A DNA stretch of 33,301 bases, taken from positions 80,578 through 113,878 of the IMG/VR virus record IMGVR_UViG_3300021476_000002. One strand, given 5' to 3'. The notes below the pieces were generated by a model. It saw only the letters and a program-made list of their open reading frames with translations, made no database searches and had not been told where the DNA came from. This document shows positions 9,133-17,797 of this stretch, piece by piece. The stretch comes from a virus. The position numbers were made by a program, and so were the translations under genes. Position 1 is the stretch's first letter, and the number at the start of each line of letters is the position of its first letter.

Positions 9133-9657
9133 ATGGCGGGGATTGTTGACTTCCTTATCGAACAATCAATCGAGGACAACGACGAAGAGCGTAGGAAGCA
9201 GGCGCGGCGGCGCAAGGCTCTTACTGCCGGTGCTATGGTCGCGGGGCTAGGCTATCTGCACGGGAATAACCTGTCGGAATGGTGGCTTAGGCATAGGATG
9301 AATTTGGCAGGAATTGCTGACGATGTTGATAACTATTATATGGAAGAGCCAGAGGCGGGGGCGAATGACTTGTTAGCAAAAGCCCAAGTGGGGCTTGGCC
9401 GCGTAGCCCTTGGTCTTTGGACTCTCTATCAGGCAGGATTCAAGAGTGAGTTGGCCGAAGCGGACGAGAGTGAGATTACCGGCAGAGCAACCATGGTGGA
9501 TTACGTCGCGGTGCATGACGATGATACGTGCGATGCCTGTGAGGAAGCCGCAGAGGGTAGCCCTTACGTGATAGATGAGGCTCCGCTTCCCGGTGAGGTG
9601 TGTTGGGGCGGTGATTACTGTCGGTGTGAACTCGTGCCAGCAGGGGAGGGGTTCTGA
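9133..9657 (+). CDS. Minor head/morphogenesis protein (MuF/SPP1 gp7-like C-terminal Cys motif); frame open from 8941
   Basis: YVAVHDDDTCDAC..PLPGEVCWGGDYCRCEL, directly after the portal. Confidence 0.75.
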   Translation: MAGIVDFLIEQSIEDNDEERRKQARRRKALTAGAMVAGLGYLHGNNLSEWWLRHRMNLAGIADDVDNYYMEEPEAGANDLLAKAQVGLGRVALGLWTLYQAGFKSELAEADESEITGRATMVDYVAVHDDDTCDACEEAAEGSPYVIDEAPLPGEVCWGGDYCRCELVPAGEGF

Positions 9658-9854
9658 TGGTAGATCATAACGAATCCTCGGAGGCAGAGAAATTGCGGCT
9701 ACGCAAGAAGGTAAACCGCCTTAGTGCTATACTGAGGATTGCGGAGCGGCGGATGTTGTACTTGATGGCGGGCACCGACCACGTAATGGACGTTAAGGTA
9801 TCGTTTCATCCTTCCGAAGAGGAGATTGAATTGGAAGTGGAGAAGTATCGTTGA
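9657..9854 (+). CDS. Hypothetical protein
   Basis: GGGGAGGG RBS; stop/start overlap. Confidence 0.65.
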   Translation: MVDHNESSEAEKLRLRKKVNRLSAILRIAERRMLYLMAGTDHVMDVKVSFHPSEEEIELEVEKYR

Positions 9855-10099
9855 GCATGAAGTTCATCAAGCGTTCCGAGGATATGAAGTATGGTCTGAG
9901 TCACGACGTTTGGGACGTGACGATGAAGTTGTTCGACGGTGAAGAGCCGGTTGGCGAGATTATCTGGGACGGGAAAGAATACAAACTGACTCCCTCATGG
10001 ATATTGTGGACCGCTGAGATGCTTAGCGAGGTTGCCGCATTCCTTACAGAGAAGAATAAGACCCAGAGGTACGTTGGATTGCAGCGGGAGGATTTATGA
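9851..10099 (+). CDS. Hypothetical protein
   Basis: Overlap-coupled ORF. Confidence 0.6.
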   Translation: MSMKFIKRSEDMKYGLSHDVWDVTMKLFDGEEPVGEIIWDGKEYKLTPSWILWTAEMLSEVAAFLTEKNKTQRYVGLQREDL

Positions 10100-10235
10100 T
10101 GTGTACCGTATTTGTCAGCACAGCGCCGTGTTGGGCAACTATGGTCGTGGTGAATCATGTGTCGTTTGCGTCTATGGTGGCTGCGGCGGTAGCGGTGGCA
10201 GCGGTGGCTGTGTGTTTTATGATGAGGGGGAAGTT

Positions 10236-10523
10236 ATGATCTGTGTCTGCGGCGCTGAGTCTACTACATCCCTTACGGCTTCCGATGATGAGATTCAGGC
10301 GTGGAGATGTCCACGGTGCGGGCGTTCATTTTCCGATAACTGTCTTCATGGGGACATGCAAGAGATGAAACGAAAGGCGTGGATTGACGCTGAGCGTACC
10401 GCAGAGAAAGCGGAAGAGTATGCTAGAAACATGCGAATGCGGGCGCGAGTATTAGACCAGGAGTACCACAAGGGTGAGATGGGGTACTACGAAGACAAAG
10501 ATGGTTGGGGGGTGCGAAGATGA
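10236..10523 (+). CDS. Zinc-ribbon hypothetical protein
   Basis: GAGGGGG RBS before ATG 10236; MICVCG..CPRCG followed by a coiled coil. Confidence 0.6.
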   Translation: MICVCGAESTTSLTASDDEIQAWRCPRCGRSFSDNCLHGDMQEMKRKAWIDAERTAEKAEEYARNMRMRARVLDQEYHKGEMGYYEDKDGWGVRR

Positions 10524-10660
10524 GCGACGACGACAAAGGATTGACCAAGGATGAGTTCTTCAATCATGTCCGACTCGTAGCGGTTGTGGCGATGTGGGTT
10601 ATGTTGTTCCTTGGTTTTATTGGTGGTGTTGCTTGGATTGCAACTTGGGGGGCGCATTGA
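10520..10660 (+). CDS. Small membrane protein
   Basis: Hand translation MSDDDKGLTKDEFFNHVRLVAVVAMWVMLFLGFIGGVAWIATWGAH; ATGA overlap. Confidence 0.55.
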   Translation: MSDDDKGLTKDEFFNHVRLVAVVAMWVMLFLGFIGGVAWIATWGAH

Positions 10661-10827
10661 ACGAGATGAATGTTGTGTGCAATCATCAACCTCCGTGTCA
10701 GACGTTTCATTGTCAGGAATGCGATATGGACATGCCAGCGTGTGAAGCGTATGCTCATTGGGATACGTGCCATTGCCCGATGGGTTATTATGAGATTATC
10801 GCTTTTCCAGAATCGAAGGATAGGTAA
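10657..10827 (+). CDS. Small Cys/His-rich protein
   Basis: CNHQPPC..HCQEC..HWDTCHC; TTG start overlapping the upstream stop. Confidence 0.5.
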   Translation: MNEMNVVCNHQPPCQTFHCQECDMDMPACEAYAHWDTCHCPMGYYEIIAFPESKDR

Positions 10828-10839
10828 TGTAGGGAGGGG

Positions 10840-11139
10840 ATGAAATTGGGACAGCCAAAGTCTAGCGTGAAGGAAAAGCCTGTTGAGGCGATGTTTGTTC
10901 AAAAAGGGAACTTGCTCGTTAGCGCAAAGGTGAATAGCAGCGCGGAGCGACGGCGGGCGTGGTTAGAGGTTTCGGTAGGGTTGCTCAAGGAGTCTAAGCG
11001 CATGGTAGACCCGGTGCTTCGTGATGTGTGGTTGAGGGCATCGGGAATCGCTAGGGAATGGGCGGATACGCATTTGGAGAATGCTGCACATTCTTTGGTT
11101 TCGGAGCGCGGGAGATCGTTTGACAGTGTTGACGACTAA
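10840..11139 (+). CDS. Hypothetical protein
   Basis: GGGAGGGG RBS. Confidence 0.65.
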   Translation: MKLGQPKSSVKEKPVEAMFVQKGNLLVSAKVNSSAERRRAWLEVSVGLLKESKRMVDPVLRDVWLRASGIAREWADTHLENAAHSLVSERGRSFDSVDD

Positions 11140-11270
11140 GAAAGACGGGAAGCGAATTCTTTACAAAAAGCCGTACATGACCAAGGCTGAATTGCGCGAG
11201 AACGACAGGCTGTTCAAGGAAATGTTATACTATTGGATGGAGGATGAGTTGCGGAAGCGTGGGAGGCGCG

Positions 11271-11714
11271 ATGCGGACTTACTCCCCTGACGGGGAATAT
11301 TGTAAGAATGGTCATTTGATTAAGCGTGGTTGGCAGATTAACGAACGTGGGCAACGAGTAAGAGGTGCGTATATTTATCCTGTAAGTTGGGCAGCAATTG
11401 AAAAGGGTCATGCAGGACGAAGTGAGTGTAGGGAATGTATGAGAGTTTCTGGTTGGCGTTATGACCATTCCGAAAAAGGCCGAGCAGCGCGTAAGTGTTA
11501 TTATCTTCATCACCGTGAGGCTATTCTTGAAAGATTGAATAGTTATTATCATTCCGAAGAAGGCCGAGCAGCGTATAAACGTTATAATCATTCCGAAGAA
11601 GGTCTGGCAGCACATCGGGCAGCGCAAAAACGTTATCGTCATTCCGAAAAAGGTAAAGCAACAAAAAGGCGTTATCTTCTAAAAGTGGAGGCGCTGCGAT
11701 GTATGAAACATTGA
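11271..11714 (+). CDS. Basic protein with CKNGH..CREC zinc site and four HSE(K/E)G helical repeats
   Basis: GGGAGG RBS; DNA repeat cattccgaa(a/g)aagg near 11466, 11550, 11589 and 11640. Confidence 0.7.
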   Translation: MRTYSPDGEYCKNGHLIKRGWQINERGQRVRGAYIYPVSWAAIEKGHAGRSECRECMRVSGWRYDHSEKGRAARKCYYLHHREAILERLNSYYHSEEGRAAYKRYNHSEEGLAAHRAAQKRYRHSEKGKATKRRYLLKVEALRCMKH

Positions 11715-11716
11715 CG

Positions 11717-11869
11717 ATGCAGACATCCTGTGATTGCTGCGGCGGGGATGCTTTTGGGAATGACGACGAAAGAGTAATACTCTGCAAAGACTGCGAGAAG
11801 AAATTGTACTCGAAGAAATTGTTAGTACGCTCTAAGGAAGAACCGCTTGAAAAGTTGGATTGGGATTGA
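11717..11869 (+). CDS. Small zinc-binding protein ending in PLEKLDWD
   Basis: Hand translation MQTSCDCCGG..VILCKDC..EPLEKLDWD; paralogous to 13556-13723. Confidence 0.6.
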   Translation: MQTSCDCCGGDAFGNDDERVILCKDCEKKLYSKKLLVRSKEEPLEKLDWD

Positions 11870-11881
11870 GGGAGGTGTGGT

Positions 11882-12091
11882 ATGATAGGCAGGGATAGGA
11901 TTTGGGTGGTGATGCTGCGGCAGCCTAGGCCAGATGATTTTCGGCCCGAAGTGGATATCCAATCGGAGGTAGAGCGGGCCGAAGCGGACGGGTACGAGTT
12001 CTGCACAGCCACAAATACGGCAATCATCATGGTGAAACAAGTTGAAATTGACCAAAGGCGAACGGCGGGAAGCACGGCGGCGGAAGGCTAA
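11882..12091 (+). CDS. Hypothetical protein
   Basis: GGGAGGTG RBS. Confidence 0.6.
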   Translation: MIGRDRIWVVMLRQPRPDDFRPEVDIQSEVERAEADGYEFCTATNTAIIMVKQVEIDQRRTAGSTAAEG

Positions 12092-12404
12092 GGCCAGGAT
12101 GCCGAAGCACGGGGCGAGTCTGCGGCGAATAGCGGCGGTAATCACCGCACGCGCTGCGGAGAATAAGGGGGCGATGCGTGATTCCCATTCAGCGGCGCAT
12201 GGACTGGAGAATCTACGGATTGATGTGACGAAATTGGCGAAGCGTGCCTTGAGCGCGGGCAACGTGGAGATGTGGACGGCCCTGGATTATTACGTGCGGG
12301 CCGTGCGTGAGGCCGCAGAGGGGCGGCGTGGGGCCGACCGAATGGCAGCGGGACTACCGGCGTTACCGCTAAAGCGGCGGCGTAAGGGGGCGAAAATGGT
12401 ATGA
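12042..12404 (+). CDS. Basic hypothetical protein
   Basis: Arg/Ala-rich 120-aa ORF filling the gap. Confidence 0.6.
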   Translation: MKLTKGERREARRRKAKARMPKHGASLRRIAAVITARAAENKGAMRDSHSAAHGLENLRIDVTKLAKRALSAGNVEMWTALDYYVRAVREAAEGRRGADRMAAGLPALPLKRRRKGAKMV

Positions 12405-12495
12405 TATTATTGCTGGTTCTACTTCTGTTTGTAGTGTTGGTTAGCGGTGGCAGTAGGCCGGGCGTGACCGACCCGTTCCCGCCGGTGCCAAGGCC

Positions 12496-12681
12496 ATGAG
12501 CCGAAACCGTGAAGACCCGTTTCCTCCGTTCTGGGAGGCTGAGCGGCAGTATCGGGACAACCCGTTCGCGCCGTTCTGGGAGAAGGAACGGTTATTGCGG
12601 CGGATGATGCCCGACGATGCGCGGCGGTTGGCAGAGAGTGACGTGTTCTTACCACATCTCTCAAAGGAGCGGTTCAGATGA
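12496..12681 (+). CDS. Hypothetical protein with duplicated (D/N)PFxPFWExER motif
   Basis: ATGA overlaps at both ends; internal repeat. Confidence 0.6.
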   Translation: MSRNREDPFPPFWEAERQYRDNPFAPFWEKERLLRRMMPDDARRLAESDVFLPHLSKERFR

Positions 12682-12905
12682 ACTCTGAGGAGTTTCGGGA
12701 GTGGCTAGTACGCCAGAAGCCGGTGATGGCAGCCATCAAGGAGATCGTGGCTGAGCACGATGCGCGGATGGTGGCGCGGCGGCAGTATTTTTACGTTGGG
12801 CGGCGGTCTTGGCCGTGTTGGCGGATTCAGGCATATCGTGGGAAATTGGGCGCGTGGCTTCTCTTCACTCTGCGGCATACGGTTATACAGGTGGGGTGGT
12901 GGTAA
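12678..12905 (+). CDS. Hypothetical protein
   Basis: AAGGAG RBS; overlap-coupled. Confidence 0.6.
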   Translation: MNSEEFREWLVRQKPVMAAIKEIVAEHDARMVARRQYFYVGRRSWPCWRIQAYRGKLGAWLLFTLRHTVIQVGWW

Positions 12906-13060
12906 TGTACCTGACTATTCAGGCGTTGCTGCTTGTGCTAAAATTTACGGTTGCGCCGGAACTACCGTGGTGGATTGTGTTATTCCCCACGATACTCGTT
13001 GGTGCGATTGCGTTGTGGCTCCTAATCTTTACGGTGGCTTTGTCGGTCACCCTGCCGTGA
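12905..13060 (+). CDS. Small membrane protein
   Basis: MYLTIQALLLVLKFTVAPELPWWIVLFPTIL..; TAATG overlap. Confidence 0.6.
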   Translation: MYLTIQALLLVLKFTVAPELPWWIVLFPTILVGAIALWLLIFTVALSVTLP

Positions 13061-13293
13061 GCATCTTAATGGACCGCGAAACGTGGGTCACATTGGCGGT
13101 GTTTGTCTCGATGTTGGCTGCACTTGCGTTCGGCGCGGTGTCAGATGTACTTACGAGCATGGAGTGTCAGTCACTCGGATACCCTGACGCGGCGTGGTAT
13201 CCCACGGCCCGGTATTGTGGTGTGACTGTTAAGCAGACATCGTATATTGTGACGCTCGATTACGCGAGGAAGCACCCGAGGCCGGGGCCATGA
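13057..13293 (+). CDS. Membrane-anchored hypothetical protein
   Basis: TM helix then CQSLGYP..RYC; GTGA overlap. Confidence 0.55.
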   Translation: MSILMDRETWVTLAVFVSMLAALAFGAVSDVLTSMECQSLGYPDAAWYPTARYCGVTVKQTSYIVTLDYARKHPRPGP

Positions 13294-13556
13294 AGTTTAC
13301 GGCAGGCATGTTCGTCGGGATAATTCTCGGTATCATCCTGTGCTTTTCTGCCTACGTGTGGAACAGGGTGGATGATATAGGCAGGAACGGGAGGGTCGTA
13401 TTTGTGGTGTTCCACTCCGCGAAGGGTTATAGTGTGCTGTGCGCTGGCGGGAATATGTTCGGGTGGGGGAATCCCACCCCGTCCATAAAGTCCTGGGAGT
13501 ACGGCGGAAGTCCGTGCGGTGGTTTGTGGTTCAGGTTCGGTGGAGGGAATCCGTGA
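13290..13556 (+). CDS. Membrane-anchored hypothetical protein
   Basis: N-terminal TM helix; ATGA overlap. Confidence 0.6.
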   Translation: MKFTAGMFVGIILGIILCFSAYVWNRVDDIGRNGRVVFVVFHSAKGYSVLCAGGNMFGWGNPTPSIKSWEYGGSPCGGLWFRFGGGNP

Positions 13557-13723
13557 TGTATGAACCGTTGGTGGCGGATACGCATTGTGATGTTTGTGGT
13601 TGTGAGATTTGGGGCCGCAGTAGTGAAAAGGGTGCGGTTCTTTGCGAAGATTGTTCAGATGATCTAACGGGGCGCAGAAAGTTCTTAGGCGGCGTACCAC
13701 TTGAAGAGGTGGATTGGGACTAG
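13556..13723 (+). CDS. Small zinc-binding protein ending in PLEEVDWD
   Basis: GGAGGG RBS; CDVCG..VLCEDC. Confidence 0.6.
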   Translation: MYEPLVADTHCDVCGCEIWGRSSEKGAVLCEDCSDDLTGRRKFLGGVPLEEVDWD

Positions 13724-13725
13724 GT

Positions 13726-13754
13726 TGTCCGAAATATACTACATTCTTCGGACA
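13726..13754. repeat. Intergenic inverted repeat TGTCCGAA-N13-TTCGGACA
   Basis: Perfect 8-bp arms occupying most of a 39-bp intergenic gap. Confidence 0.6.
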
Positions 13755-13762
13755 TTAAGAGA

Positions 13763-13990
13763 ATGATTAAAAACAATCACGGTAAGCAGGTTTCAGCGAT
13801 AGCGGAATCATTCCTTGATGAGATGCTTAAGCGAGATGCGCGGGTAAATGACATGCTTGAGGATTGGGAGGGGCACGAAAGGACTCCGAGGTCTTATCAC
13901 GAAGATAATACCAGGGGACATGCCCTTGAGGCTTTAGTGAAGTGGGTCAAGGCAAGGCTAGTACAAATCGCTCCAAAGGAGGAAGGTTGA
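13763..13990 (+). CDS. Hypothetical protein
   Basis: 75-aa helical ORF. Confidence 0.6.
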   Translation: MIKNNHGKQVSAIAESFLDEMLKRDARVNDMLEDWEGHERTPRSYHEDNTRGHALEALVKWVKARLVQIAPKEEG

Positions 13991-14373
13991 TGCGAATTGT
14001 AGCGGGGGCGTTGGTAGTTCTAGCAATGATGTTCGGCATTGGCAATGCGGCTATGGCGATGGGCGGGCGCGTCGGGTGCGTTGTTCTTGATAATGAGACC
14101 AATGCGACTCTGACAGTCACAATCGCGGGGTATGAGCCGTGGACAGTCAACCCTCAAGACAAGGGGATGTTGAATGATGTTAATGGTGGGGGACGCCCGA
14201 TGATTTCCGATAGCGCCGATTCGCCACAGTTTTCTTCAGGGCCAGAGCAGCATTTGGTGTGGCATTACTACACTCGGGTTGAAATGAACGCTAACGGTGT
14301 CGGTAAACCCGAATGTCCTGGCATGTGGTTGGGCACGTTCACGCCAGGAACCGGTACAGTTTCAGATAACTAG
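13990..14373 (+). CDS. Secreted hypothetical protein
   Basis: GGAGGAAGG RBS; signal peptide MRIVAGALVVLAMMFGIGNAAMA. Confidence 0.7.
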   Translation: MRIVAGALVVLAMMFGIGNAAMAMGGRVGCVVLDNETNATLTVTIAGYEPWTVNPQDKGMLNDVNGGGRPMISDSADSPQFSSGPEQHLVWHYYTRVEMNANGVGKPECPGMWLGTFTPGTGTVSDN

Positions 14374-14459
14374 AGTTCTCTCCGGGAACGCTACTTTGTT
14401 CTGGTTGGGGTTGGTGTTGGGGCGTTGGATGCGGCGTCTACTAAGGCGCTGACTCACTC

Positions 14460-14696
14460 ATGGGCCAACAAACCCCTGCGCCAACTCCAACCCGGTTGTG
14501 GGAAGCCGAATGCAAGTTGTGTGGTTGGTACGACGAGGATGAACGCTATTGGGCGTTGTGGGACAGGATTAACTTTCACCACGAAGAATACCCAGAGCAT
14601 ACGGTCATGATCTTTGCGGACGGCGAGAAACAAGGGGAGTACACAGCCGAAAGCGGTCACAGTTGGAAGCCGCCAAAGGGGGACGACGATGAGTGA
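14460..14696 (+). CDS. C2H2-like zinc-binding microprotein (AECxxCxW family)
   Basis: WEAECKLCGWY..HHEEYPEH. Confidence 0.6.
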   Translation: MGQQTPAPTPTRLWEAECKLCGWYDEDERYWALWDRINFHHEEYPEHTVMIFADGEKQGEYTAESGHSWKPPKGDDDE

Positions 14697-15057
14697 GAAG
14701 ATGTTCATGCAGGTGACGTTGCACGTGACCGAAGCGCAGGCGATTGCGCTGCGGGAAATGTTTAGGTATTGGAATACGCTTGGTAATATTGGGGCATCGC
14801 GGCACGTGACATTCTTTGTGGATGGCGACGGCGACATGTGCCCGGATGCTCAGGTTACGATATTCGGTCATGCGCGATACCTTGAGGATGAGGATTTGAA
14901 GAAGGCTGTTGTGAATGATCGAGATGGCGACCGTACTTACGACTATGACCCGATTGGGTGGGCATTATGGAATCGGTACGAGAGGCAAAAGGAGGAACGG
15001 GTAGTTCAAGAAGCCGAGAATGAGTCTGGTTCAAAACAGATTCATGGCCAGACGTAG
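14689..15057 (+). CDS. Hypothetical phage protein
   Basis: GGGGG RBS before ATG 14689; LGNIGASRHVTFFVDGDGD core. Confidence 0.65.
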   Translation: MSEKMFMQVTLHVTEAQAIALREMFRYWNTLGNIGASRHVTFFVDGDGDMCPDAQVTIFGHARYLEDEDLKKAVVNDRDGDRTYDYDPIGWALWNRYERQKEERVVQEAENESGSKQIHGQT

Positions 15058-15400
15058 GCTTTTGGAATGTGTTGCTTGCAAGCATGGTCATAACCTGTCT
15101 GTGTTAGGGATTCGTCTTCAGGGTGGGAGGCCGCGTTGCGTAGCGTGCGATAGGGAATCGAGCGCGGCGTGGCGAAAGAATCACCGTAGGCAATGGAATA
15201 GAATCATTGCTAGATATCGCCGAAGTCAATTTCCATTGATGGGCAAGTATAGACCACGAGACATAGATTATGAAGCGCCGACCGAAGAGACGCTGGACAG
15301 ATTCGTTAAGGTCGTGAGGATGATTCGGGAGCGTGACGATAATGAATGCGAGACCTTCGTGGGACGAATACTTTATGGGCCTAGCGAGGTTGGCGTCTAG
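15020..15400 (+). CDS. Basic protein with CKHGH..RCVAC zinc site
   Basis: Same CKxGH..CxxC pattern as 11271-11714; start may be 15044. Confidence 0.55.
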   Translation: MSLVQNRFMARRRLLECVACKHGHNLSVLGIRLQGGRPRCVACDRESSAAWRKNHRRQWNRIIARYRRSQFPLMGKYRPRDIDYEAPTEETLDRFVKVVRMIRERDDNECETFVGRILYGPSEVGV

Positions 15401-15803
15401 TCGTTCGACGTGTATTCGTCGGCAGGTCGGCGCGGTGATCGTAAAGGATAAAATGGTGCTGAGCACCGGCTATAACGATACGCCGCGTGGAATGAAGAAC
15501 TGCGGCGACAGTGGTTGTGCGCGGTGCCAGATGGTCTCAACGGCGGGCGAGGCATTGGATTCATGCCGGTGTTTGCACGCCGAACAGAATGCAATTGTTC
15601 AAGCGGCATATCATGGCGTAAGCATCGCGGGCGCGGAGATGTACACGACGCTTCAGCCGTGCTTGACGTGTTGTAAGATGATCGTAAATGCTGGCGTCAA
15701 GCGGTTGATTTATGATAAGATGTATGCGGACAGTTTTGGAACCGAATTGCTCATAGAGGCAGGTGTTATCGTTGAAAGTTTACCTTATTGGCTCCCTGCG
15801 TAA
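15342..15803 (+). CDS. dCMP deaminase (ComEB-like cytidine/deoxycytidylate deaminase family)
   Basis: RPSWDEYFM..RSTCIRRQVGAVIV..TGYN, plus HAEQNAI and PCLTC zinc motifs. Confidence 0.93.
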   Translation: MNARPSWDEYFMGLARLASSRSTCIRRQVGAVIVKDKMVLSTGYNDTPRGMKNCGDSGCARCQMVSTAGEALDSCRCLHAEQNAIVQAAYHGVSIAGAEMYTTLQPCLTCCKMIVNAGVKRLIYDKMYADSFGTELLIEAGVIVESLPYWLPA

Positions 15804-16266
15804 CCCCGCAATCCCCGGTATAGCGAATGAGTTGCGTGCGCTAGGCTTTGATGTGTTCGATGATTGGTTCGCGGCGGGGCCTGAAGCCGATGATAAGTGG
15901 AGAGACTACGAGAAGGCGCGAGGGAATACATACATCGAGGCCCTTGAGGGTTTGGCCGCAGACCACGTGTTTCAGTTTGACTTCAAACACCTGAATGATT
16001 CCGACGCGGCTGTGTTGGTTCTGCCTGCGGGGAAGTCAGGGTGCATCGAGTTCGGGTACATGCGCGGCCAAAACAAGCCTGGGTGGATTCTGTTGGACAA
16101 CCCGGAGCGGTGGGATGTGATGTTTAAGTTTGCCAGCGGTGTATATACTTCTCTGGAGGATTTGAAGATAGCATTGGTTAGGTACGAGAAGGTTGAGAAG
16201 AGGATAAGCGAACAGGAAATTGAGGAGATTAAGCGGCGCTGGTCGTATCATCCCTCCATTTTCTAA
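15772..16266 (+). CDS. Nucleoside 2-deoxyribosyltransferase-like (nucleotide N-glycosidase fold) protein
   Basis: KVYLIGS..GFDVFD..FDFKHLNDSDAAVLVLPAGKSGCIEFGY..KP with the conserved Glu; start 15763 or 15772. Confidence 0.75.
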   Translation: MKVYLIGSLRNPAIPGIANELRALGFDVFDDWFAAGPEADDKWRDYEKARGNTYIEALEGLAADHVFQFDFKHLNDSDAAVLVLPAGKSGCIEFGYMRGQNKPGWILLDNPERWDVMFKFASGVYTSLEDLKIALVRYEKVEKRISEQEIEEIKRRWSYHPSIF

Positions 16267-16535
16267 TGAGTAACAAGTTTAGCAATTTTCGCTGGTTTGA
16301 GGCCGAATGTATCGTGTGCGATTGGTACGCCGAGGGGCCAGACTATCATGAGGTGGACGAAGAGGCGTATGAGCATGTTAGTGTATTTCAAACACACACG
16401 TGTCAGGTAGGTGATGGAATTGCAATGTGGACCGTCAATGGACGTGCAAGTATACCGCCAGTTGACGAGCCTGATTGGCCAGTCGGAACGGAGACGCAAG
16501 AAGGTATTCTTTATCCTTACGGCGATGATGAATAA
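16266..16535 (+). CDS. C2H2-like zinc-binding microprotein (AECxxCxW family)
   Basis: WFEAECIVCDWY..AYEHVSVFQTH. Confidence 0.6.
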   Translation: MSNKFSNFRWFEAECIVCDWYAEGPDYHEVDEEAYEHVSVFQTHTCQVGDGIAMWTVNGRASIPPVDEPDWPVGTETQEGILYPYGDDE

Positions 16536-16737
16536 ATTGGATTATTGGTCCGCCGAATGTCAGGACTGTTCATGGATGGAAGAGTCCAAGGATAAGCAGG
16601 CCGTGGAAAAGGCTGGGGATTATCACGAAGGACAGTTTCCTTTTCATGAGGTTCATATAGTTCACACGTGGGATGATGAGGATGGAGTCCACGTAGACTG
16701 TGAGACGTGCGGCGAGGATGAGGGGGATGAGCATTGA
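16525..16737 (+). CDS. C2H2-like zinc-binding microprotein (AECxxCxW family)
   Basis: [21 protein letters not shown]. Confidence 0.6.
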   Translation: MMNKLDYWSAECQDCSWMEESKDKQAVEKAGDYHEGQFPFHEVHIVHTWDDEDGVHVDCETCGEDEGDEH

Positions 16738-17366
16738 GTGACGATATGGCCAAGTTAGTCTGGGTGACGCCCGCTGCTGAGATCGTAATGGGGTGGTGCG
16801 CCCGCGTGAGTAGTCCGCAGAACCGAGAAAATCCCCCGGACAAGTTGTTGGCATATTGTATTAAGAATAAGCATTGGAGCGTTTTTGAGATGGCTTCAAT
16901 GTGCGTGGAGATCAATACGTCGCGGGCAATCAGTCAGCAGATCGTGCGGCACAGGTCGTTCTCGTTTCAAGAAATGAGTCAACGGTACGTTGGGGTGCAG
17001 GAATGCTTGGTTTATGGGGCGCGACGGCAGGCCGCGAAGAATAGGCAGTCCTCAACGGATGATTTGCCTGGAGATACGGTCGCATGGTTTAATGAAGCGC
17101 AGGCGAATGTTATCTCATGGGCGCGAAGGCTTTACGACGAAGCGTTGGAGAAAGGAATCGCTAAGGAAAGTGCTAGGTTTCTTTTGCCGATGTCTAGCGT
17201 GACGCGGTTGTGTATGAACGGGACAATCAGGTCATGGATTCATTACTTGGAATTGCGAACGGACGAGCACACACAGAAGGAACATCGTGACATCGCAGAG
17301 AAGATAAAGGAGATATTCATAAAGGAATTGCCGGTGACGAGCGCGGCGTTGGGGTGGGTGAAGTGA
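16734..17366 (+). CDS. thyX: FAD-dependent thymidylate synthase ThyX
   Basis: [20 protein letters not shown] (RHR-x7-S), [23 protein letters not shown]. Confidence 0.95.
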   Translation: MSDDMAKLVWVTPAAEIVMGWCARVSSPQNRENPPDKLLAYCIKNKHWSVFEMASMCVEINTSRAISQQIVRHRSFSFQEMSQRYVGVQECLVYGARRQAAKNRQSSTDDLPGDTVAWFNEAQANVISWARRLYDEALEKGIAKESARFLLPMSSVTRLCMNGTIRSWIHYLELRTDEHTQKEHRDIAEKIKEIFIKELPVTSAALGWVK

Positions 17367-17797
17367 TTCCTAATTCCTTCTTTGTTTCAGGGCGTAACAT
17401 ACCAGACGACATGCGGGACCGGATAGAGAAGCGAATCGCAGAACTGGAGGGGGATGATATGCAGAAGGTTCAGTCTCCAACGAATGACCCCAAGCCATAT
17501 CCGCCGGGCGTGAAGCCAGACTGGAATAGAATGAACAGACAGGAACGAATCGCGGCTATGACCGCCAAGGCCGAAGAGTGGAACGCTGTAGCGGGGGAAT
17601 TTGACAAAAGGCTTGGCGTTGAGAGCAATACCATGACTGAACAGACAATGACGTTGGTTGAGATGCAGATTTTGCAATATGCGCGGACATTGGCTTACGA
17701 TCACGCTGAGACATACAAGCGTGAAGCGGCCATGGAGATGATGCGTGCTGAGAAAGACCGGATTGAACCAGAGTCGAATACAGGAGGGGCTTTTTGA
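17354..17797 (+). CDS. Hypothetical protein
   Basis: Helical ORF; a second RBS (GGAGGGGG) before ATG 17459 may mark the real start. Confidence 0.6.
   Translation: MGEVIPNSFFVSGRNIPDDMRDRIEKRIAELEGDDMQKVQSPTNDPKPYPPGVKPDWNRMNRQERIAAMTAKAEEWNAVAGEFDKRLGVESNTMTEQTMTLVEMQILQYARTLAYDHAETYKREAAMEMMRAEKDRIEPESNTGGAF

Noticed and set aside
11466-11660. cattccgaa repeats as CRISPR or iterons
   Set aside because: Irregular spacing, all in frame; they are protein repeats.
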